A program made the translations under genes and the position numbers. Shown piece after piece: positions 45,320 to 54,411 of a stretch of DNA of 55,816 bases. The notes below the pieces were generated by a model. The model saw only the letters and a program-made list of their open reading frames with translations, was not told the origin of the DNA and searched no databases. The DNA lies in contig JAAZPS010000055.1 in assembly GCA_012797095.1 (NCBI GenBank), forward strand, positions 1 through 55,816, written 5' to 3'. The stretch's first letter is position 1; each line of letters begins with the position of its first letter. Origin of the DNA: Bacillota bacterium. GTDB lineage: Bacteria; Bacillota; Dethiobacteria; DTU022.

Positions 45320-47031
45320 ACCGGCGCCCTTTGTACGTCGCTTTTGTCTGGAACCAGCATCAGCCCTCCTACCGGGATGCGGGCACCGGAGAGCTGATCA
45401 TGCCATGGGTGAGGCTGCATGGCAGCAAAGACTACTACCAGATGGCGGCGATCCTGGAAGGTTACCCGAAGATCCGGCAGACTTTCAATCTGACCCCCTC
45501 GTTGCTGGAGCAGCTCGAGTGCTACGGGGCCGGGGAAAAAGATCTTTACCAGAAGGTGGATCGACCGGCGGAGGCCCTCGGTGACCCGGAGAAACACTAC
45601 CTGCTCCATCACTATTTTGATATTCATTGGGATCGGGTGATCCGGCAGTATCCCCGCTACCGGGAGCTGCTCGAGCTTCAGGGCTGCAGCCGGGAGCCGG
45701 CAGAGGTCGGCAGCGCCGTGGAACGTTACCGTCCACAGGATTATCGCGATCTGCAGGTCTGGTTCAATCTGGCCTGGATCGATCCGGAGATCCGCAGCAG
45801 CGATCCTCTTTTGCGAGGGCTTGTTGAAAAGGGGGCCGGCTACACGGAGGCAGAGCGGCGCCTGCTCCAGGAACGGCAAAGTGATCTGCTTGGCGGAATA
45901 ATTCCCCTGCACCGCCGCCTGCAGGAGCAGGGGCAGATCGAGATCATGACCACACCCTATTATCACCCGATCATCCCGCTTTTGATCGACAGCTGCAGCG
46001 CCCTGCGAGCCTGCCCGGGCCTGCCGCTGCCGCGGCGCTTTCAGTACCCGCAGGATGCTTGCGAGCAGCTGAAGGCCGCCGCAGCGCAATACCGCAGGCT
46101 TTTCGGGAGCCGCCCCAAAGGGGTCTGGCCGTCGGAGATGGCGGTGAGCCCTGAGATGGTGGCGCTTCTGGAGACCTTCCGGTTTGATTGGTCGATCAGC
46201 GACGAGCAGATCCTCTCCCGCTCGCTTGAAACCGAGATCATCCGTGACGGGTACGGCCATGTTTTAAATGGTGATCTGCTCTACCGCCCCTACCGCGTCC
46301 GCGGGGCCGGTGGCGAGATCACCATGATCTTCCGGGATCACCATCTTTCCAACCGGATCGGATTCGAGTACCAGCATTTTCGTCACGAAGATGCCGCTGC
46401 CGACCTGGTTCACCGCCTGCTCAAGATTAAAGAGAATCTTTCCTGGGCTCCGGAAAATCACCTGGTCACCCTCTCTCTTGACGGGGAGAATGCCTGGGAA
46501 TGGTACCAGGGAGACAAGGGCCCCTTCCTGCACAGTCTTTACCGCCGCCTGAGCGAGGAACCGCTGCTTTGCTGCTGCACGGTCAGTGAATACCTGGCCG
46601 CGAATCCGCCGCAGCGGAGGATCGATCATCTCTTCACCGGGTCGTGGGTTGATCATAACCTGACTCGCTGGATCGGCACGGAGAACAAGAACAGGCTTTG
46701 GGAATATCTTCTCGATGCCCGCGAGGCCATCGAACGATGCCGGGAGTTTTCGCCCGGGCCGGAGCAGATCGAACAGGCCCTGCACTATCTCTATATTGCC
46801 GAGGGCAGCGATTTCCCCTGGTGGATCGACAGCATGTCTTACCACCTGGCCGCTCCCTTTGAAGCGCTTTTCCGCAAGCATCTTGCCGCTGTCTACCGCG
46901 CTGTTGAGCTGGCCGCTCCGGAGAGGCTGGCCCGCCCCCTGATCCAACCCTCGCCGGGCGACAGCTCTCCCCTTGAGGATTCCCCGGTCGGGCCGATCTC
47001 CATGGTATCCACGGATCACGGCCCGGAGTAA
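45316..47031 (+). CDS. GH57-family glycoside hydrolase (571 aa)
   Basis: LYVAFVWNQHQP.Y........MPWVRLHG.KDYY.M, TTPYYHPI.PLL, WPSE..VS and ...L.LDGENAWE fit GH57. Confidence 0.8.
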   Translation: MNRRPLYVAFVWNQHQPSYRDAGTGELIMPWVRLHGSKDYYQMAAILEGYPKIRQTFNLTPSLLEQLECYGAGEKDLYQKVDRPAEALGDPEKHYLLHHYFDIHWDRVIRQYPRYRELLELQGCSREPAEVGSAVERYRPQDYRDLQVWFNLAWIDPEIRSSDPLLRGLVEKGAGYTEAERRLLQERQSDLLGGIIPLHRRLQEQGQIEIMTTPYYHPIIPLLIDSCSALRACPGLPLPRRFQYPQDACEQLKAAAAQYRRLFGSRPKGVWPSEMAVSPEMVALLETFRFDWSISDEQILSRSLETEIIRDGYGHVLNGDLLYRPYRVRGAGGEITMIFRDHHLSNRIGFEYQHFRHEDAAADLVHRLLKIKENLSWAPENHLVTLSLDGENAWEWYQGDKGPFLHSLYRRLSEEPLLCCCTVSEYLAANPPQRRIDHLFTGSWVDHNLTRWIGTENKNRLWEYLLDAREAIERCREFSPGPEQIEQALHYLYIAEGSDFPWWIDSMSYHLAAPFEALFRKHLAAVYRAVELAAPERLARPLIQPSPGDSSPLEDSPVGPISMVSTDHGPE

Positions 47032-47149
47032 TCGGGCTGCTTTTTCTTTTTTTGCGGTGCCTCTTCCAACAAAACACACTTTTATTGATGATTTTGTGGT
47101 AATATCGAGATAATCTATGGCCGGGTGGGAGGGCGATTTTTGAGTGTAC

Positions 47150-48526
47150 ATGATCATAGTCGGCGGCGGTGGAGTGGGCACGGAGCTGGCCCGTAGTTTC
47201 TCGGAAAAAGATTTTGATATCGTTGTCATCGAGAAAAATCCGGAGCAGGCCCGCAGGCTGGGCGAGATCTTCGATGTGATGGTAATCGAGGAGAACGGCG
47301 CCGGTGCGCCGGCCCTGGAGCGGGCCGGGGTCAAAACAGCGGATATGGTGATTGCAGTAACCGAAACTGACGAGATCAATATTATCGCCTGCATGATCGC
47401 CAAAAGATACGGTGTTCCGGTGACCGTGGCCCGGGTGCGCAATGCCGATTACGCCTTCGATTCTGCTGTGCTCACCAGGGAGCAGCTGGGCATTGATCTG
47501 ATGATCAGCCCGGAAAGAAGCGCCGCTTACGAGATCTCGCGGATGCTTCATTTTCCCGAAGCCTGCGAGGTCGAATACTTCAGCAGGGGGCGAGTGATGA
47601 TGCTCAGCCTCATCGCCGGGCCGGAGACGGATATTGTGCGCAAACCTTTCCATAAACTGAACCTGCCCCCCGGCTGCATTATCGTCGGGATCAACGAGGG
47701 TCAGGGTAAATTCACCATCCCCGGGGGGGAGGATACGATCAAACCCGGCTCGCGGATCTACCTGCTGGGCCAATCGCGGGCGCTGAAGGATATCAGCCGG
47801 CTGCTGCTCAACGAGCACACCCTGATCAACCGGGTAACCATTATTGGCGGCGGGAAGATCGGTTTCGAGCTGGCCCGGCTCCTGGAGGAGAGCCGCAGCC
47901 CCTTCCAGGTGAATCTCGTGGAACGGGACGGGGCCCGCTGCGAACGGATCAGCCGTGAGCTCTCGCAGACCCTGATCCTGCAGGGGGACGGCCTCGATCT
48001 CGATCTGTTCAGGCAAGAGGAGATGGAGCAGGTAGACGCCGTTGTTGCCGTCAGCGGGGACGACCGCACCAATGTCATCGCCGGGGTGCTGGCCAGGCAG
48101 GCCGGGATCAAAAAGATCATCTGCGAGGTTGCCGATCCCCAGTTCGCCCCGGTGTACAACGCCCTGGGCCTGAACAGTATTATCAATCCGCGTCTGATCA
48201 CCGCCTCACAGATTCTCCGCTTTGCCCGTCGCGAAGATCTGATCTCCCTTTCCATCCTCAACGACGAACGGGCCGAAGTTCTGGAGCTGGTCCTTTCGGA
48301 TTCGGCACCGGTGCTGAGAAAAAAAGTTGCCGAGGCCGGGTTTCCCCGGGGGATGCTCATCGGGGCGCTCATCCGGGGCCAGGAAGTGCTCATCCCCCGG
48401 GGGCAGACCAGGCTACTGCCGGGCGATCATCTGATCATCTTTACCCTGCCGGAGATCAGCGGGCAGCTGGAGCGTTTTTTTGCTCCCAGGGGAAACCGGA
48501 CCCACAATAGCCGCCCCCGCAAATAG
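47150..48526 (+). CDS. trkA: Trk potassium uptake system NAD-binding subunit TrkA (double RCK)
   Basis: There are two Rossmann motifs, IIVGGGGVG and IIGGGKIG, each followed by an RCK_C-like segment. The start is ATG 47150; GTG 47144 is also in frame. Confidence 0.92.
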   Translation: MIIVGGGGVGTELARSFSEKDFDIVVIEKNPEQARRLGEIFDVMVIEENGAGAPALERAGVKTADMVIAVTETDEINIIACMIAKRYGVPVTVARVRNADYAFDSAVLTREQLGIDLMISPERSAAYEISRMLHFPEACEVEYFSRGRVMMLSLIAGPETDIVRKPFHKLNLPPGCIIVGINEGQGKFTIPGGEDTIKPGSRIYLLGQSRALKDISRLLLNEHTLINRVTIIGGGKIGFELARLLEESRSPFQVNLVERDGARCERISRELSQTLILQGDGLDLDLFRQEEMEQVDAVVAVSGDDRTNVIAGVLARQAGIKKIICEVADPQFAPVYNALGLNSIINPRLITASQILRFARREDLISLSILNDERAEVLELVLSDSAPVLRKKVAEAGFPRGMLIGALIRGQEVLIPRGQTRLLPGDHLIIFTLPEISGQLERFFAPRGNRTHNSRPRK

Positions 48527-48569
48527 GGCAGCAGACGATGAAAAATAACTATCTGGAGAAGGTGAGCCG

Positions 48570-50030
48570 GTGCGCCGGATAAAACTTTTCTACCTTTTGG
48601 GAATCATGCTCCTTTTTTTGGCGCTGACGATGGCGCTGGCTGCACTCTGGTCCATCGGTGAACCGCAGGGCGACCGGGGTTCCTTTCTGAGCGCTATCCT
48701 TATCACCGCCGGCACCGGGGCTTCTTTGTCCGCTCTGGCTTACCGATCGCGCGGGGAGCCGCTCTCTCTGGCGGAGAGCTTCACTCTGGTCTCCCTGGCC
48801 TGGCTGCTGGCAGGCTTTTTTGGCGGACTGCCGTTCTATTTTTTCAAAGAGGCCGGCTGCAGCATCATCGATGCCTTCTTTGAAGCGGTCTCCGGGTTTA
48901 CCACTACCGGCGGTACCGTCATTGTCGATCTGGAAGTCCTCCCCCGGGGACTTCTTTTCTGGCGCTCCCTGACGCAGTGGCTGGGCGGTATGGGGATCAT
49001 CGTTCTCTTTCTCGCCGTATTGCCGCGTTTCGGTTTCAGAAGCACCACCCTCTACCGGGCCGAGCTGCCCGGCCCGGTGGCGGAGCGCTTTGTCCCCCGG
49101 GTTGCCGAAACAGCGCGCTGGCTCTGGATGATCTATACCGTCTTTACCGTACTGCAGACCTTGCTGCTGCTTCTCTGTGGGCTGAGCCCTTTTGATGCCC
49201 TGGCCCATACCTTCACCACCATGCCCACCGGGGGATTCTCCACCTACAATGCCAGCGTGGCCGCTCTTGACAACCCCGCTGCCGAGGTGGTCATGATCAT
49301 CTTCATGTTCCTGGCCGGGGTCAATTTCACGATCTACTTCCGGCTCCTCAAAGGCGACCGGAAAGCGCTCAAAAGTGAAGAGCTCCGTTTCTACAGTATC
49401 GTACTGGCGGTTGCCGCCCTGCTCATCGCCATCAATATCGCCCCTTTTCTGGGCGGGAATATCATTCTCTCCATCCGGCAGAGTCTCTTTCAGGTGGTCT
49501 CGGTGGCGACAACAACCGGTTATGCCAGCACCGATTTTGACGTCTGGCCTCATTTTTCCCGGGTGCTGCTGCTGCTGCTCATGTTTCTCGGCGCCTGCGG
49601 CGGCTCCACCGGGGGAGGGATCAAGCAGATCCGCCTGCTGCTTCTTTTCAGGTATGCTCGCCGGGAGCTGGTGCGCCTGGTCCATCCGTCCGCGGTTGCC
49701 TCGGTCAAGCTCGACGGCCAGGCTGTCAGCGAAGAGACCCTGCGGGGCGTGACCGGGTTTGCCTTTCTCTATATCTTCTTCTTCGCTGTCTCCACCCTGG
49801 CCCTCTGCTGGATGAAACTGGATCTGACCACGGCCGCCTCGGCAGCCGCCTCGGCCCTGGGCAATGTCGGACCGGGGTTGGGGATGCTCGGCCCCCGGTT
49901 CACCTACCACGCCGTTCCCGCCGCCGGGAAGGCGCTGTTGAGCCTGATGATGATCATGGGCCGTCTGGAGATCTACACGGTGCTGGTCCTTTTGCTGCCG
50001 GAGTCGCGCCGTTTTTTGAGAAACAAATAA
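48570..50030 (+). CDS. trkH: TrkH-family potassium transporter
   Basis: The protein is polytopic, with repeated selectivity-filter-like TTTG/STGG segments (SGFTTTGG, MPTGGFST, TTTGYAS, GGSTGGG). Confidence 0.92.
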   Translation: MRRIKLFYLLGIMLLFLALTMALAALWSIGEPQGDRGSFLSAILITAGTGASLSALAYRSRGEPLSLAESFTLVSLAWLLAGFFGGLPFYFFKEAGCSIIDAFFEAVSGFTTTGGTVIVDLEVLPRGLLFWRSLTQWLGGMGIIVLFLAVLPRFGFRSTTLYRAELPGPVAERFVPRVAETARWLWMIYTVFTVLQTLLLLLCGLSPFDALAHTFTTMPTGGFSTYNASVAALDNPAAEVVMIIFMFLAGVNFTIYFRLLKGDRKALKSEELRFYSIVLAVAALLIAINIAPFLGGNIILSIRQSLFQVVSVATTTGYASTDFDVWPHFSRVLLLLLMFLGACGGSTGGGIKQIRLLLLFRYARRELVRLVHPSAVASVKLDGQAVSEETLRGVTGFAFLYIFFFAVSTLALCWMKLDLTTAASAAASALGNVGPGLGMLGPRFTYHAVPAAGKALLSLMMIMGRLEIYTVLVLLLPESRRFLRNK

Positions 50031-50050
50031 TATCTGGAGGTTGTCTTCAA

Positions 50051-51139
50051 TTGTCTACCTACCGTGAAATCGCCAAGGCGATTGCCGCGGGCCGTTTTGC
50101 TCCGGCCTATCTTTTTTACGGAGACGAGCCTTTTTTGATCGAAGAGCTTTCTGCTCTCCTGACCGAAAGCTATCTTGGAGAGGAGGATCCCGGCTTCGGT
50201 CGGGAGAAGATCGAGGGCGCCGGGCTGACCCTGCTGCAGGCTCTCCAGCGTCTCGAGGAGGCCACCCTCTTCTCCAGCCGCAAATTGCTGCTGGTGGAGG
50301 AACCACCATACCTGGTGCCGGCAAAAGGAAAGGGGCGGGGCTCTGCAGAAGAGAAGGAGAAAGAATCCCGCAAGGAGAACGGCGCAGAAGCCGCCGCACA
50401 GCTGGAGAAATTTCTGGTCCGTGAAAAAAAGGAGCCGGTTCCTTCGCGGATCATCCTCTTTCGTGCCGGCGCGGTTGACCGGCGCAGACGCCTCTACAGG
50501 CTGCTGGAAAGGGAGGCCGTGGTGGTACCGTGCGCTCCCCTGAAGGGGGGGGAATTGGCCCGCTGGATCCGGGAACAGGTGGCCCGCCGGGGTAAAAAGA
50601 TCGAGCCCGCTGCCCTGCAGCGGCTCCTCTGGAGCGGCGAAAACGATCTTTACTGCCTCTCCAACGAGCTCGACAAGTACAGCCTCTACCTGGGTGAAGG
50701 CGAGACAACGATCACCGCGGCAGTGGTCGGAGAACTGTTTTCCGGAGATATCAAGAGCAGCATCTTCACCCTTACCGATGGGCTCAGCGAGGGCCGTCTT
50801 GATCGAGCGCTGCGGGCGCTCTCCCTGCTTGACCGGAAGCGCGAGGAGCCGCAGCGGATCTTCTTCATGCTGGTGCGCCACTGCCGCCTCCTTCTCGGAG
50901 CCCGCTCGCTGCGCGACGGGAAGATTCCCCCGGCGGAGCACCCCCGGATCCTCGGGGTAACCCCTTTCGAGGCGCGCAAGGTTTTCGGGCAGGCGGCTGC
51001 CTTCAGCGGCGAGGCCCTGGAGGAGATCATCATCACCTTGCAAGAGATAGATTATCAGATCAAGACCGGGCGGATGCCCCCCCGGCAAGCTCTCGAGGTC
51101 GCCATCGCCCAGATTCACCAGCACTCGCCGCACCGGTAA
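50051..51139 (+). CDS. holA: DNA polymerase III delta subunit
   Basis: YLFYGDEPFLIEE, a ~360 aa length, and the position between comEC and rpsT (as in B. subtilis) all fit. The start is TTG. Confidence 0.85.
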   Translation: MSTYREIAKAIAAGRFAPAYLFYGDEPFLIEELSALLTESYLGEEDPGFGREKIEGAGLTLLQALQRLEEATLFSSRKLLLVEEPPYLVPAKGKGRGSAEEKEKESRKENGAEAAAQLEKFLVREKKEPVPSRIILFRAGAVDRRRRLYRLLEREAVVVPCAPLKGGELARWIREQVARRGKKIEPAALQRLLWSGENDLYCLSNELDKYSLYLGEGETTITAAVVGELFSGDIKSSIFTLTDGLSEGRLDRALRALSLLDRKREEPQRIFFMLVRHCRLLLGARSLRDGKIPPAEHPRILGVTPFEARKVFGQAAAFSGEALEEIIITLQEIDYQIKTGRMPPRQALEVAIAQIHQHSPHR

Positions 51140-51315
51140 AGCGGCGGGCGCGGCCGGGGTCCTTGCCTCCCCATTGACCTTACCGGGGGCTGCAGCGTAT
51201 CCTGGCATTGCCGGACGATGAGGGGTCGAACGGCGCGGACGGGCAAGCGGGCCGTCACTTTCGGCAGAGGATCGACGTTTCCTTTCCGGTAAAAGAAAAC
51301 GATCTGGAGGTAGCG

Positions 51316-52410
51316 GTGAAACGAACTGGTTTGATCCTGTTGAGCATCCTGCTTATCGCGGCTCTGCTGCTGGCTCTGGCCCAGCGGGAGCTGCGGCCCT
51401 TATTTGGTTTTCCGGGCGGCGGTTTTGGCCGGGGTGAAACGGCGCCGGCTGCTCTGGAGGAAGAAAGCCCAGCGGTGGGACCGGTGGAGGGTTTCGACGA
51501 GACCTCCGCGGGGCTGAAACAGCTTGCCCGGCAGATCACCGCCGAGATTCCGGATGACTACGGTAAATTATGCGCCATCTACGACTGGGTCACCGCCAAC
51601 ATCGCTTACGATCTGGAAAAAGCCAAAAAGATGGAGGAGTACGGCTACGGGGCGGAGTACCTGCTTGAAAATCGCAAAGGGGTCTGCCACGATTTTGCCG
51701 AGCTAACCAGGGCGCTGCTGAAGGCCGTCGGGATCAAGGCCACTTATGAACGGGGCGAGGTCCGTCCCGCTCCCGGCAAAACAGAGCAGCATGCCTGGAA
51801 TCATGTCCAGATCGGGGAGAGCTGCTACGGTCTTGATACAACCTGGGGAGCCGGTTTTGTCGACGAGGAAAAGGGACAATTTGTCCAGAGGCCCTCCCGA
51901 CTCTATCTGACGACAGCGGATGAGCTGGCCCGGCTGCACAGCGATCCCGCTCACAAGGAAGCCCGCGAAATCGAATGGAGCAGGGCCCGGGCAGTGGCGG
52001 CGCGAGCGGTCTATCTGCCCGAATATGAATCGGGATTGCTGGTGCTGTTCAACGAAACCCGGCAGGAAGCCGGGCTGGCTCCACTCAAAGAAGAGCCCCG
52101 ACTGTCCAGCGCGGTGAGGCAAAGTGCAGCCGAAGCGGCGGCAAAAGCCAGCCAGGATGAAGAGTACTCCCTCGACAGGTTGAACCGGGAACTCGAACAG
52201 AGTGCTACGCAGCTGCGCCTGGCCAGGGCGGGCCTTTACGCCTTCACGGTGTGGGACTTTCCCACTCCCACGGTGGAGGAGATCCACCGGCTCATCGCCG
52301 CGCAGCAGGATTCCTTTCTGCATGAGGGGCCCTATCAGGGGCTCACCGTGGGGGTAGTCCGCCGGGGCGATCTGCTCACGGTAGTTCTCGCCGGCCTCTC
52401 CTACTACTAA
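51316..52410 (+). CDS. membrane-anchored transglutaminase-like protein with C-terminal CAP/YkwD-like domain
   Basis: There is an N-terminal TM segment. The transglutaminase core is GVCHDFAEL....L.A.GI.A..........HAWN.V.I. The C-terminal N.TR.EAGL.PL is CAP-like. GTG 51316 lies 5 nt after GGAGG. Confidence 0.7.
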   Translation: MKRTGLILLSILLIAALLLALAQRELRPLFGFPGGGFGRGETAPAALEEESPAVGPVEGFDETSAGLKQLARQITAEIPDDYGKLCAIYDWVTANIAYDLEKAKKMEEYGYGAEYLLENRKGVCHDFAELTRALLKAVGIKATYERGEVRPAPGKTEQHAWNHVQIGESCYGLDTTWGAGFVDEEKGQFVQRPSRLYLTTADELARLHSDPAHKEAREIEWSRARAVAARAVYLPEYESGLLVLFNETRQEAGLAPLKEEPRLSSAVRQSAAEAAAKASQDEEYSLDRLNRELEQSATQLRLARAGLYAFTVWDFPTPTVEEIHRLIAAQQDSFLHEGPYQGLTVGVVRRGDLLTVVLAGLSYY

Positions 52411-52547
52411 AAATATGACAGGGTGCGGGGCTCCTGTCATATTCTCCATTGCAGATACCGTGCCTCCGGCACGGGATCTTTATCTCGATCAACCATCGTG
52501 AACTCCGAAAAGCCGTTCTTCGCGCTCGCGAAAACCTGTTGGCGGGT

Positions 52548-52817
52548 TTAGCCGGCCATATTCTGGTTGAACAGGCGGGTTAAGCGCGACTTTTTCCGGG
52601 CGGCGTTGTTTTTATGAAGTACTCCCTTGGCCACGGCCTGGTCAATCTGGCGAACTGCTTTTCTTAAATTGCCCCGGGCGAGTTCGCGGTCGCCGTTCTG
52701 GAGCGCTTCTTCAAAGCGGCGGATGGCGGTTTTGACAACACTTTTTGCATGACGATTGCGGGCGGTCCGTTTGATCGTCTGCCGCATTCTTTTTTCTGCC
52801 GATCTGGTAACTGGCAA
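52548..52817 (-). CDS. rpsT: 30S ribosomal protein S20
   Basis: SAEKRMRQ..KR...N...KS..KT.I.....A fits S20. The start is TTG, preceded by GGAGGAAGGAGG. Confidence 0.95.
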   Translation of the reverse strand: MPVTRSAEKRMRQTIKRTARNRHAKSVVKTAIRRFEEALQNGDRELARGNLRKAVRQIDQAVAKGVLHKNNAARKKSRLTRLFNQNMAG

Positions 52818-52849
52818 ACTAGACTACCTCCTTCCTCCTAAACACCGAA

Positions 52850-52878
52850 ATATTATCATCTATTGTCCTGAAAAGCAA
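52850..52878 (-). promoter_or_regulatory. candidate sigma-A promoter for rpsT
   Basis: On the minus strand: TTGCTT (52878-52873), a 17 nt spacer, then TAATAT (52855-52850). Confidence 0.5.
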
Positions 52879-53003
52879 GTCCCAAAATGGCGGCGCCGGG
52901 CCGGTGCATAGAGCAAAAATAATTTGGTTAAGCTAAATCCGCGGCCGGGACAGTCCCTTTGCCGGCCGCAACAAAGGATCAATCTGCTGAAGGAGGTATT
53001 TCC

Positions 53004-53330
53004 ATGCTGGGTTTAATCGTTCGTCTGGTTGTATCGGCGGTGGTGCTGATGCTGGTCGGCTGGCTGCTGCCGGGATTTGCCACCCTCACCTTCGTTCATG
53101 CTCTCATCGCCGCGGTGGTGATCGCTCTGCTCGGATTCATCGTTGAAAGCCTGTTCGGTCAGAGGATCTCACCGCAAAACCGCGGTCTGGTTGGGTTTAT
53201 CACCGCCACCGTCGTGATCTACGTGGCTCAGTTCATCGTCCCGGGCATGACTGTCACTTTCCTCGGGGCGGCGCTTGCTGCGGTCATTATCGGGATTATC
53301 GACCTGTTTGTTCCCACCGAACTACGCTAG
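53004..53330 (+). CDS. small integral membrane protein (phage holin family IV / YvlD-like)
   Basis: A 108 aa protein with 3-4 TM helices. GAAGGAGG precedes ATG 53004. The longer track ORF start lies upstream of that SD. Confidence 0.65.
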   Translation: MLGLIVRLVVSAVVLMLVGWLLPGFATLTFVHALIAAVVIALLGFIVESLFGQRISPQNRGLVGFITATVVIYVAQFIVPGMTVTFLGAALAAVIIGIIDLFVPTELR

Positions 53331-53347
53331 TTAAAAGGAGCATGTAG

Positions 53348-54367
53348 ATGTCCTCTCAAATGGAACCGCAAGCCGGCTTTGTCCCGCGGTACAGCATCCG
53401 AACCGATCTGGCGCTGGAGGCGCGTGAGATTGTCCAGCAGCAGACAGCGGCGGATATCCCCGGCGTATCCTCGGAGAATTTACAGGAAAACGGCATTGCG
53501 ATCAACCGCCTGGAGATCGAAACGGAGCAGGCCTCCGCCCAGCTGGGTAAGAGCCGGGGGCGCTACCTTACCTTCGAGGTCCCCGGATTGCGGCGCAAGG
53601 ATGCTGCGCTTCAGGATCATCTTTCCGAAGTGATGGCCCGGGAGCTGGTTCATTTTCTGAAGCTGCCGTCCAATCTGACCCAATCTGTTCTCGTCGTCGG
53701 TCTGGGGAACTGGAACGTTACCCCCGATTCGCTGGGTCCGAAGGTGATCGAGGATCTTCTGGTGACGCGCCATGCGGTCACTGCAGGAGATAATATCCTC
53801 GGTGAAGGTTTCCGCTCCATCTGTGCTATCTCCCCGGGCGTCCTCGGGACGACCGGAATCGAGACCGGGGAGATCATTGCCGCCCTGGTCCAGCGGGTGA
53901 AACCGGTTCTGGTGATCGTCGTCGATGCCCTCGCTGCCCGCCGTCTGGAGCGGCTCCATACCACGATCCAGGTAGCCGATTCGGGGATCAGCCCCGGTTC
54001 GGGGGTTGGCAACAATCGCCTCGGGATCAACCGGCAGACAGTCGGTGTGCCCACGGTGGCGATCGGTGTTCCCACGGTTGTTGATGCTTCGACCATCGCT
54101 GGTGAGGCGTTTGATGCACTGAGCGATCATTTCAAAAAGGATGCAAGGGGCCATGCCCTGAGCAACGTGATGAGAGATTTCGATTGGGAGCAGCGCCGCC
54201 AGCTGATCACCGAGGTGCTCGCACCGTACGCCGGGGGCCGGCTCATGGTAACACCGAAGGAGACCGATGCCTTTGTCGAGGATATGGCTTATGTCATCTC
54301 TGGTGCCCTCAATTCGGCCCTGCATCCCCGCGTTCACAGCGAGGGCAGCGAAAAGTACCTCCAGTAA
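53348..54367 (+). CDS. gpr: germination protease (GPR endopeptidase)
   Basis: IRTDLALEA, ..V.GLGN.NVTPD.LGP.V.......TRH, VDALA.R...RL..TIQ..D.GI.PGSGVGN.R and the position after rpsT all fit GPR. Confidence 0.93.
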   Translation: MSSQMEPQAGFVPRYSIRTDLALEAREIVQQQTAADIPGVSSENLQENGIAINRLEIETEQASAQLGKSRGRYLTFEVPGLRRKDAALQDHLSEVMARELVHFLKLPSNLTQSVLVVGLGNWNVTPDSLGPKVIEDLLVTRHAVTAGDNILGEGFRSICAISPGVLGTTGIETGEIIAALVQRVKPVLVIVVDALAARRLERLHTTIQVADSGISPGSGVGNNRLGINRQTVGVPTVAIGVPTVVDASTIAGEAFDALSDHFKKDARGHALSNVMRDFDWEQRRQLITEVLAPYAGGRLMVTPKETDAFVEDMAYVISGALNSALHPRVHSEGSEKYLQ

Positions 54368-54411
54368 GCGCCGGGCCGCACCGGGCATCCGCTGCGGTCA
54401 AGGGGAACCGC

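Noticed and set aside
47032-47149. A c-di-AMP (ydaO-type) riboswitch upstream of trkA.
   Set aside because: The spacer is only about 115 nt and AT-rich, which is too short and lacks the characteristic pseudo-two-fold structure. Only a possible extended -10 box (TGGTAATAT) is visible.
45178-51208. A chain of very long minus-strand ORFs (360, 392, 460, 453 and 411 aa), antisense to the GH57, trkA, trkH and holA genes.
   Set aside because: Each is fully overlapped by a plus-strand gene with clear family motifs. Their translations are Arg/Pro/Gly/Ala-rich low-complexity sequence with no recognisable domains. This is typical of shadow ORFs in high-GC DNA.
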